Below, piece after piece: positions 1 to 7,456 of a DNA stretch of 39,393 nucleotides (position 1 is the first letter of the stretch; each line of letters starts with the position of its first letter). Position numbers and translations under genes: made by a program. The notes under the pieces are model-generated. The model did not search any database, was not told where the DNA came from, and saw only the letters and a program-made list of their open reading frames with translations. Origin of the DNA: Planctomycetota bacterium (GTDB lineage Bacteria; Planctomycetota; GCA-002687715; DRQF01); NCBI GenBank assembly GCA_027001995.1, contig JALTLO010000151.1:1-39393 (forward strand), read 5' to 3'.

Positions 1-357
1 GAAGCCTTCCCTACTTTTGTATTCGTCGGGGATGGACGCAGCATTGGGAGAGACATAGGGCTGAAGCAACCCTTTGTTCTTCAGACGTATGGTTTGTCCA
101 ACTTCGTTGTTCCAATAAACATCACAGCGGGGGTTTTTTTCTTCGCTGATGATCTTGTTCACTAAACCCACGGTCTTCGTAAGTTCCGTATCGAAAGTCT
201 TGAGGACTTTGATGCCAGAAGAAGCGGCGAATTCGTCCAGCAAAGCCTCTGAGAAATCTAAATCTAAACTGCAATAGACCGACACCTCATTGCGCTCTTG
301 AGCATGTAAACTCAGAGCGGCCAAGAGAAGAGTGGTCAGAATCCAAGTCCAGCGCAT
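1..357 (-). CDS. ABC transporter substrate-binding protein, Fe3+/AfuA-FbpA-like family (partial, runs off the window's left edge)
   Basis: Not in the ORF track. Hand translation from ATG at 357: MRWTWILTTLLLAALSLHAQERNEVSVYCSLDLDFSEALLDEFAASSGIKVLKTFDTELTKTVGLVNKIISEEKNPRCDVYWNNEVGQTIRLKNKGLLQPYVSPNAASIPDEYKSREGF. It has a signal peptide (LHA-Q), 'EKNPRCDVYWNNE' and 'GLLQPY.SPNA..IP' motifs typical of this family, and an upstream AAAGG. Confidence 0.85.
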   Translation of the reverse strand, partial: MRWTWILTTLLLAALSLHAQERNEVSVYCSLDLDFSEALLDEFAASSGIKVLKTFDTELTKTVGLVNKIISEEKNPRCDVYWNNEVGQTIRLKNKGLLQPYVSPNAASIPDEYKSREGF

Positions 358-403
358 ACAGGAACCTTTCCGTTGAGGAGAGAAGCGAATCCACGTTGCC
401 CAA

Positions 404-419
404 AGCAACTGGGAAGCCA
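404..419 (-). promoter_or_regulatory. sigma54 (-24/-12) promoter candidate for the substrate-binding protein gene
   Basis: Minus strand reads TGGCTTCCCAGTTGCT, an exact GG-N10-GC spacing with TGGC and TTGCW ends, about 47 nt upstream of ATG 357. Confidence 0.55.
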
Positions 420-558
420 CATGATGATATTTCACAAATCCTTAGGAAGCCACAAGTTAAGAACAGCAACATAGGCAGAAAAGCTTGGATTTGTTACCTA
501 CTGGTAACGTCACACCAACTATAGCTTCCATCCCCCGAACCAAGAAACACGATTGCTG

Positions 559-1944
559 TCATTTGCCGTGAGCAATTTTGGGCCAATATTCATCAAAAGT
601 GAACTTGGGGCTATTAGCCAGATCGTGGCACTTAAAACAAAACGTCCTCGTCAATTTGCCCCGAGGGGTTGGAGTTTGATCGTCAACGTGATCCTGGGAC
701 GGACCATGACATGCCTCGCATTGCACATGGACCAACTCCCTCGTGGCTGGATCAAAGCCCCCCAGACGATCAGAATCCACCACGTGGCAACGAACACATT
801 CAGGATCCCAATCGTCCTTCGTCTTCACCAGCACGTCGAATGCCCGGGCATGGCCACTTTTCTTCCAAGTCTCGTGGGCAGTGACATGACAGCTCCCGCA
901 GGATTCACTGCCCGCGTAAAGCCCCTCGGCCTCTTCGAAACGTGGGGTCTGAAGCAATAGCTGCTCAAATTTCACATTGTCTCGGTAGAAATCTAGGATC
1001 TCTTCCTGCTCTTGGTCAACACCAAAATCGGCGGAGAGAGTGTAATACTCCAAGCTTTGAGACTGAGGCCAAGATGTATAGGCCACGTCACGTCCCTTTT
1101 GCCCCGTCTCGATGCCAAAGAGGTTCGTTTCCTTCAATTCAGCAATCGGAATATCAGAAAAGCCTGCCAAAGCGATCATGGTCTTCTTAGCAACTTTAAC
1201 TAGACCCAAACGGCCGAGAAGTTCTTTCAGCTCCCCAAGTGTTCCGGTTCCGGCCACGAACAGACTTCTTCTCGGATGGTCCTCCCTTGCTGCCAAAGCC
1301 TCGATCACAGCAGATACGTCTGGCTGTTCATGAGCCAATAAATCTGGCTCAGAGAGAACGTTCTGCGACGGTGACACGAAACTCGTCATCACCACCTCTT
1401 CTCCTCCTACAGACACAATGGCGAAATCCTGGAACAACCGACTTCCTCGGTAGTAGAGGTTGGCGGAAACAAGTGGAAAAGTGTCCTTCGGCCTGGAGGC
1501 TAAGATGTCTTGCCAAAAAGAAACCCCCACGAGCAGGTCTTTGTCTCCTGGAAAGAAGACTTGGGTACCCATGTTCTTAAAACTGTCGAGGAAAGCTTCA
1601 ACCTTCAACTCTTGCTGCCGTCCGCCTTCTTTGATGAGATTGCCCACGGAAACTACGACACTCGAAGCCCGCACAGATTGATCAAGGGCATCAAAGAATG
1701 CCCCACGTCTGGCGATCCCCCCCAACACCGGCTTCGAGCAACCGCAGGGCCTTAACATCCCCAGATCATTGCCAATGATGAAAAAGCCTGGGGACTGGGG
1801 AAGCGCGGAAGAAACACCTGTGCCTGAGTCAATTGGCAGAACACAATCAGGAGTGCTTGGGTAATCATTGCAATCCCGCCATTGATAGCCAACAACCCCC
1901 AGCGCAAGCACAAGACCAACAGCAGCCCACCTCAACTTGCTCAT
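559..1944 (-). CDS. Multiheme (4x CXXCH) cytochrome c554-like protein with N-terminal UshA-like/metallophosphoesterase-like domain
   Basis: N-terminal hydrophobic anchor. 'GMLRPCGCSKPVLGGIARR' and 'PLVSAN' resemble the UshA-like fold. C-terminal CGSCH, CVRCH, CEACH, CFKCH occur with 'YAGSESC' and 'W..SGHARAF' contexts. Confidence 0.85.
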   Translation of the reverse strand: MSKLRWAAVGLVLALGVVGYQWRDCNDYPSTPDCVLPIDSGTGVSSALPQSPGFFIIGNDLGMLRPCGCSKPVLGGIARRGAFFDALDQSVRASSVVVSVGNLIKEGGRQQELKVEAFLDSFKNMGTQVFFPGDKDLLVGVSFWQDILASRPKDTFPLVSANLYYRGSRLFQDFAIVSVGGEEVVMTSFVSPSQNVLSEPDLLAHEQPDVSAVIEALAAREDHPRRSLFVAGTGTLGELKELLGRLGLVKVAKKTMIALAGFSDIPIAELKETNLFGIETGQKGRDVAYTSWPQSQSLEYYTLSADFGVDQEQEEILDFYRDNVKFEQLLLQTPRFEEAEGLYAGSESCGSCHVTAHETWKKSGHARAFDVLVKTKDDWDPECVRCHVVDSDRLGGFDPATRELVHVQCEACHGPSQDHVDDQTPTPRGKLTRTFCFKCHDLANSPKFTFDEYWPKIAHGK

Positions 1945-2945
1945 TTCTTTGTCTCCAAGACACGGGCTCGATAGCGGACATCCACAACAGATGTTTCCGG
2001 GTGATCCGTCAAAAATTTGATCAATCCGAACTTGCCACCGAGGGTTTGTCCCTTAGGCAACTGAAGGACAATCTGGTGGCGAAAAGCCAGAAGAGAATCA
2101 TCAAAATCCGCAAAGACCACACCATCTTCAAGAACATTCTTAATGCGAAATGAACGCCGACTCTTGCTTTCGATCGTGAGCTTCAGTGAGCCCTCTTGAT
2201 GACGAAACACTTGACCGAAATCAGCGATTCTTGGGCGAATGACGAGGTCCCGCTCCACATCTCCGTAAACATGCAATATGAGTTCATTCACCCGCCCCTG
2301 CTTGACAACAAGCGGAACTCGACGCTCAAATCTTCCGGACTTCATGGTCTTGGGGATAGATATTTTCACCCAAGCTAGCCACTGACGTTCCTTCGACTCT
2401 TGATCCACAGAAATCAATCTCGTTTCAACCTGAGGGACAGTTTGATTGGTCAAAAACAGAGATGGTTTGGCACCAGGGCGCCCACGGATCAAAACTTTAC
2501 GTTCAACAATTTGCCCAGGAACAAGTGGCCCCAATTGGAGACGTTCAGGGGACAATCGAAATTCAGGCACGACGTTGAATTTCACCACAACGGAGGACAA
2601 AACCCGCTTGTCTTCGCTTAGAAGCCGGAGAGTTTTCTTTTGGGGCCCCTTCAGCATACCCGTCTTAATGGTCAAGCGTAACGCAATTGTTTTCCCGGCC
2701 CCTATGCTTTTCGGCAAGTCAAGCATGCGCAGGCATGAGCAATCAACAGCAACAGGCCCAAAGACAACTTCATTTCGACCACGGTTGTGCAAACGCAGAG
2801 AGTAAGATCGGTCTTCATCTTGAAGCAGCTCTCCCCCATCAAATCGCTCGCTTTCGAAGACAACTTGAGCAGAGCAACTGTTGGCAGAAAAACAGTGAAT
2901 CCATGTGACAACCAACAACAAGACAATCGAATTTTGTTTATTCAT
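1941..2945 (-). CDS. DUF1573-domain secreted protein (tandem Ig-like domains)
   Basis: Signal peptide. 'LHNRG...V..DCSCL......I.AG...L.L' matches the DUF1573 pattern, with repeated 'P..L.LG / P...DFG' domain starts. ATGA overlap with the downstream cytochrome gene. Confidence 0.75.
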   Translation of the reverse strand: MNKQNSIVLLLVVTWIHCFSANSCSAQVVFESERFDGGELLQDEDRSYSLRLHNRGRNEVVFGPVAVDCSCLRMLDLPKSIGAGKTIALRLTIKTGMLKGPQKKTLRLLSEDKRVLSSVVVKFNVVPEFRLSPERLQLGPLVPGQIVERKVLIRGRPGAKPSLFLTNQTVPQVETRLISVDQESKERQWLAWVKISIPKTMKSGRFERRVPLVVKQGRVNELILHVYGDVERDLVIRPRIADFGQVFRHQEGSLKLTIESKSRRSFRIKNVLEDGVVFADFDDSLLAFRHQIVLQLPKGQTLGGKFGLIKFLTDHPETSVVDVRYRARVLETKK

Positions 2946-2960
2946 TTCGTCTCGCTTTCC

Positions 2961-5066
2961 TCAGGAGTCTTTCAACATAACAGCGATTCTACTGAGAAGC
3001 CGAACCTCATTTTCGGATCTTGGTTGCAAGCTCATGGCTCGCTGCAGAAGCCTCTGGCGCTCCGACTTTTTTCGCAGAAGCCGACAGACCTCAGCGGTCA
3101 GATACAACTCTTCAATTCCCGCTTCATCCGACTGAATCACCGGATCCATGGCCAAGTATGCCCCCCGGAAATCTTTCTCCGCGACTAAGCTATTGGCCCT
3201 CATCACTGTCAGCTTCATGTCTTTTTGATCAACAGCCAAGCCTCGAGCCACGTAGTAGTCCACCACTTCCTTTTTGCCCAACAATTGGGCATAGCGAGCA
3301 GCTTCAAAGAGGAATGAAAGCCTGCTCTCCTTGGCAACTTCTTTCGTCGCCAACTCATCTAAAATCGCCACATCGCCCTCAAGCTCTTGGATAAGGGATT
3401 CCCTTTCCTCCGCAATCCCGAAACGTGTGGCCTGATCAAGGGCCACCAAGCGCAATCGAAATGTTGCCAACCGAGCATCAAAAACACGATCAGCGTTGCC
3501 CCAGCCATACTCTTCGGCTTTGAGCGCCGCCGAGATCCCCCGCTGGACATGTTCAAGAGCTTCCTTAGCCTTCAAGGTCGTGGCATAGGTTCCTTCCGCC
3601 GCAGCCCTTTGCATGGACAACCGATAAACAATGACCCGGGAGTCTTGGTCCAAGCGATCTGAATTGGGCAACGTCGCCAACTCACCCTCAATCGAATCAA
3701 AAGCATCAAAGGCAGCGCAGAATGCTTTGAGGTCACTGGGGCCCCGTCCTTGAGTGTGCTGAGCTGCGATGCGATTTTGCAAAGCCCACACACTCTTAGG
3801 ATTGATCCCTTCAGCATAGACAGCAAGGGACTCGCTGCTCTTCCATGCCTCAATCAATGGGAAAACACTGGCGGTAGCAACAGCGCTCCAAAACCCCAAA
3901 ATGACAAAACCTACTTTTGCGGTGGATGTCATCCTCTTACTCATTCCTAAGGCAAGAATAACCGCTGCTGTCACACCAAAGAGTGGCGAATAGAGCAAAC
4001 GAAATCCCCCGACGGTTCCGATACCAACGATGAAATTGCTGACAGGTAAAAAAGAAACGATGGCAAAGAGAATCAAAGGGGCAATCCTCGTCTTGTGACG
4101 CAAAGTGAAGAAGAAGCATCCCACAATGAAAAGAACTGACACCATGCCAAGGACAACCGCACCGGACATCCAACGAGAAGGTGGGGGCACGTCCTGGTGG
4201 GTGATATTCGGCATCAACTCAAAAGGAAAAATGATTGAGGGGAGATATTCACTGCCGATGACCGCCAAAGCCGAACGAATTCTCTCAACAGTAGAAAACT
4301 CAGCAAAAGGGCCTCCAGCGAAATCAAGAGAGAAGCCACCCAGGGCTTGTGACCTCAAATGCCACCACCCTCCTGCGGCAGCAAGGAACAGAACTCCCGT
4401 CAACCCCAAACTCCCTAGAGATGGGCGTTCGGACTTGGTTTTGGATTCCACCCACCATTGGGTCAGAAGAACCGCCGGGAAGAAGATCACGCTCTCTTTC
4501 GAGAGCAAGGCCAAAAACCAAAATGCCGCCGATGAGAACAGAAGAAATGCTCCATGAGCCGGCCCGAATTTTCGCAGGCCTGCAATAAATGAGCACCAAG
4601 ACAGCGTCACGAAAATAGCCGCCAAAAGCTCAGCAGATCCCACGATGCAAGAAACAGACTCAAAGGAAACCCCATGCAAGGCCGGCAGGAGAGCACAAAG
4701 AAAAGCGAGGAGGTGGCGATGGCTCAAGCCAGCCAAGATCAAAAGGACCAATAGATATCGCGCCAAGGCCGCAACAATGTGAAGAATGAGACTTCCCATA
4801 TGGAAAGGCTTGGGATCTTCCCTCCCCGAACCCACTTTGGCAACGGCCGCAAACCAAAGAGTAGGGATGGGGCGGTACAAGGTTGCCTCAACAGCATCCT
4901 CGCCAAACCACCATCGGCTCGAGATAATTTCAGAGAAACTCCCTTGATCAATGAGTGGATTAGATTCCACCACACGTTGAGCATCGAGGACGAATTCATT
5001 TTCGCCAACGCCGATACCAACGGTCAAGACAATCAAAATGAGAGCAGCAATCCAGCCCTTCCCCAT
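2961..5066 (-). CDS. TMTC-like multi-pass membrane glycosyltransferase (GT-C fold) with C-terminal helical/TPR-like region
   Basis: Motifs 'NEFVLD....SNP.I', 'LYRP', 'FH..SL.LH', 'ALH....ESV..IVGSAELL', 'ALLSKES', 'FLPVSN', 'RLLY.P' and 'W.S...L' match TMTC-family O-mannosyltransferases. About 10-11 hydrophobic segments. ATG 5066 is preferred over GTG 5117. Confidence 0.75.
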   Translation of the reverse strand: MGKGWIAALILIVLTVGIGVGENEFVLDAQRVVESNPLIDQGSFSEIISSRWWFGEDAVEATLYRPIPTLWFAAVAKVGSGREDPKPFHMGSLILHIVAALARYLLVLLILAGLSHRHLLAFLCALLPALHGVSFESVSCIVGSAELLAAIFVTLSWCSFIAGLRKFGPAHGAFLLFSSAAFWFLALLSKESVIFFPAVLLTQWWVESKTKSERPSLGSLGLTGVLFLAAAGGWWHLRSQALGGFSLDFAGGPFAEFSTVERIRSALAVIGSEYLPSIIFPFELMPNITHQDVPPPSRWMSGAVVLGMVSVLFIVGCFFFTLRHKTRIAPLILFAIVSFLPVSNFIVGIGTVGGFRLLYSPLFGVTAAVILALGMSKRMTSTAKVGFVILGFWSAVATASVFPLIEAWKSSESLAVYAEGINPKSVWALQNRIAAQHTQGRGPSDLKAFCAAFDAFDSIEGELATLPNSDRLDQDSRVIVYRLSMQRAAAEGTYATTLKAKEALEHVQRGISAALKAEEYGWGNADRVFDARLATFRLRLVALDQATRFGIAEERESLIQELEGDVAILDELATKEVAKESRLSFLFEAARYAQLLGKKEVVDYYVARGLAVDQKDMKLTVMRANSLVAEKDFRGAYLAMDPVIQSDEAGIEELYLTAEVCRLLRKKSERQRLLQRAMSLQPRSENEVRLLSRIAVMLKDS

Positions 5067-5258
5067 GAAGTGATCTCCAACGAAACAACCCAAGAAAAAT
5101 CGACCATGCCCTGCCACGCAATGACACGAAGTCTCGGGATCAGGTTAACACAGGTTGCCCTTGTCGTCGGAGCTCAAGAAAGACCTATTGCACAGATGGT
5201 TCAGAAGATGAGTGAAATTGTGAAGAGAGGCAACAAAAGACGATGCTGCCCTCAGGCT

Positions 5259-5672
5259 TCAGTTGATTTTGATGGTCTTCGTCACCACCGGACCATTATT
5301 GGGAATAAGAAGGATACGCATGGTGGACCCAGCGGAGCCGGGTGGTACGACGATGTCAAATTCCCACTTCCCCGTTTCGACATTAAACGTCGCCGTGCCA
5401 ATCTTTGTCGGCCAGCCATTCAACTCAATTGTGATCGAAAAAGGCGGGGGCGCACCACCTGCTGCCGGGGGGCCACCTTCAACGGTTCCTTGGACTGTGG
5501 AATTGGCCATCACATTCCCTGGAACCCCTAAGGTCCAGCTACTATCTTGCCGATGAGCGGCTGTGCCCCCATAGCTTGTTCCCACTTCCCCTGCCATCAC
5601 GACTGCGGCCGCAAAGAGGAAGATGACAAGCACCAAGCTCGTAGAACGAGTTTTTAGGGACGTAGAAAACAT
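5259..5672 (-). CDS. Small secreted beta-strand-rich protein (137 aa), probable Ig-like fold, function unknown
   Basis: ATG 5672 has a GGAG upstream. Signal peptide 'SLVLVIFLFAAAVVMA'. The mature part has alternating beta patterns (FSITIEL, WEFDIVVP, MRILLI, VTKTIKIN) and is Gly/Thr/Ser/Pro-rich. Confidence 0.7.
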   Translation of the reverse strand: MFSTSLKTRSTSLVLVIFLFAAAVVMAGEVGTSYGGTAAHRQDSSWTLGVPGNVMANSTVQGTVEGGPPAAGGAPPPFSITIELNGWPTKIGTATFNVETGKWEFDIVVPPGSAGSTMRILLIPNNGPVVTKTIKIN

Positions 5673-5726
5673 CCGTCGGCACGACTCCAAAAGTAGGGCG
5701 GCAATGCCCCTACACAATTTCGCCCA

Positions 5727-5756
5727 AGTCTACCGATCCGGGCTCCATACTGTCAA
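5727..5756 (-). promoter_or_regulatory. sigma70-type promoter for the 5672 gene
   Basis: Minus strand TTGACA (5756-5751), 18-nt spacer, TAGACT (5732-5727). Confidence 0.6.
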
Positions 5757-6091
5757 ACTATTCCCAACTTTCCTAAGTTCCGTCGATCACGGTCCTTAGG
5801 CATCGAGACATACGTCAGACGCGAAGTAATCTTTCGAAACAAATTCGACCCCGGCGCGGCACTGTGGCTCCACCTCAAATATGCAATAGTGACGATCCGT
5901 CACCAAGACCCCTTTATTTTTGTCGCGATATAACTCGCCTCACATTGAGAAAATGAGGCAACAACCCAACAAAATCTTAATCTATACTTTGGGGATTATA
6001 GGGGAGTCCCCAGGGAATCCCCTCGTCCATGAGCATAAGATCTTACGTTACAGTATGTTAAGTAATAGAGAAGTTTCGTCGGGAGATCCGT

Positions 6092-7456
6092 TTAGCGAAA
6101 CCGATCGAGATCGATACGGTGAGCCTGGATTTTGGCATGGAGAGTCGGTCGACTCATTTCTGCGGCCCGGGCAGCAGCCGAAACATTACCCCTATGACGC
6201 CGCAAAAGATCCTCAATGAATTCCTTTTCAAAAACAGACTGAGATTCTTTGAAGGTCATGGAATGGCTCCCCTGACTTCCGGGGTCAGGATTGGCAATTT
6301 CTTTCGGTAAGTACGCCTGCTCCAGCACCCCTGTGGGAGACATAGCCATCATTCTTTCAATGACGTTCTCAAGCTCCCGCACATTCCCTGGCCAATCATA
6401 GCCTTGGAGCTGGGCACTCAGTGCCAAAGAAACTTCCTGCTTTCCCTTTCCATGGAGAGTCAAAAAGTGCTGGACCAAATCGGCAACATCTTCTTTTCGC
6501 CGACGCAGTGGAGGAACCTCCAAAGCGAAGACATGGAGCCTAAAATACAAATCTTGACGAAACAGCCCTCGGTCAACCAGCTCCACGAGGGGCCGATTCG
6601 TCGCGACAACAATGCGCGTGTCAACCACGCGGGAAGAGCTCCCCCCCACAGGACTGACTTCCCCGTCTTCCAGAAAACGCAGGAGTGCCGTCTGCACTTC
6701 TGGGGGAGCGTCGCCAATCTCGTCCAAGAAAAGTGTGCCACCGCTGGCTCTTTGCACCGCTCCATCGCGGCCGCTCCGAGCCCCAGTGAACGCCCCCTTC
6801 ACCACACCGAACAATTCAGCCGCCACCAAGTCCTTGGGCACAGCCCCAAGGTGGAGCGCTACAAAGGGACCATCCCCATAACCGGATCGCTTGTGGATTG
6901 AGCGTGCCACCAACTCCTTGCCCGTCCCGCTTTCCCCTTGGATGAGGACGGTACCTCGCTTGGGGGCGACGGCGTCAATCTGATCGTAAAGTGTACACAT
7001 CGCTGGAGCCGAACCGATGAGGTGGCCAAAACTTCGCCCATCATCGAGCAAACGTTTAAGGCGATTGTTTTCTGCTTCAAGCCTGCCTTTTTCCAAAGCT
7101 CCACCAACGATCTTCAGGATCTCTACTTTTTCGAATGGTTTCGTCACATAGTTTTCAGCACCAGACTTAAGCGCTTCTATTGCGCTTGGAATCGACCCAT
7201 AGCCTGTCATGACGATGACGGGCATTCTTGGGTTCTGCTCCTTAGCCCAAAGCAGAAGGTCAATCCCCTCCAGCTTGGGCATGCGGATGTCAGTGAGCAG
7301 GAGATCAAAGCATTCTGTCTTGAGGATTTCTTGCGCGAGTTTGCCATCTGCTGCAACGACAACATCGAATCCTTCTCGCGTCAGCATACGTTTTAAGAAG
7401 AGTCCCATAGACTCCTCATCTTCCGCCACCAGAATTCTTGTACTCAGCTCCTTCAT
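6092..7456 (-). CDS. sigma54-dependent response regulator (NtrC/AtoC family)
   Basis: Receiver domain (EDE, DIRMP, TKPF), Walker A GESGTGKE, GAFTGA, FLDEIG, RQDLYFRL, WPGNVRELEN and a C-terminal Fis-type HTH. Confidence 0.95.
   Translation of the reverse strand: MKELSTRILVAEDEESMGLFLKRMLTREGFDVVVAADGKLAQEILKTECFDLLLTDIRMPKLEGIDLLLWAKEQNPRMPVIVMTGYGSIPSAIEALKSGAENYVTKPFEKVEILKIVGGALEKGRLEAENNRLKRLLDDGRSFGHLIGSAPAMCTLYDQIDAVAPKRGTVLIQGESGTGKELVARSIHKRSGYGDGPFVALHLGAVPKDLVAAELFGVVKGAFTGARSGRDGAVQRASGGTLFLDEIGDAPPEVQTALLRFLEDGEVSPVGGSSSRVVDTRIVVATNRPLVELVDRGLFRQDLYFRLHVFALEVPPLRRRKEDVADLVQHFLTLHGKGKQEVSLALSAQLQGYDWPGNVRELENVIERMMAMSPTGVLEQAYLPKEIANPDPGSQGSHSMTFKESQSVFEKEFIEDLLRRHRGNVSAAARAAEMSRPTLHAKIQAHRIDLDRFR

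Noticed and set aside
287..472. 61-aa ORF on the minus strand
   Set aside because: It overlaps, out of frame, the real binding-protein gene starting at 357 and its promoter region, and has no recognisable features.
1735..1750. Possible selenocysteine in the UshA-like CxC motif
   Set aside because: The codons are TGC GGT TGC (Cys-Gly-Cys), with no in-frame TGA.
4779..5531. 250-aa plus-strand ORF
   Set aside because: Antisense shadow across two well-supported minus-strand genes.
5920..6219. 99-aa plus-strand ORF in the intergenic region
   Set aside because: TTG start without an SD, overlaps the regulator's 3' end on the opposite strand, and has no recognisable motif.
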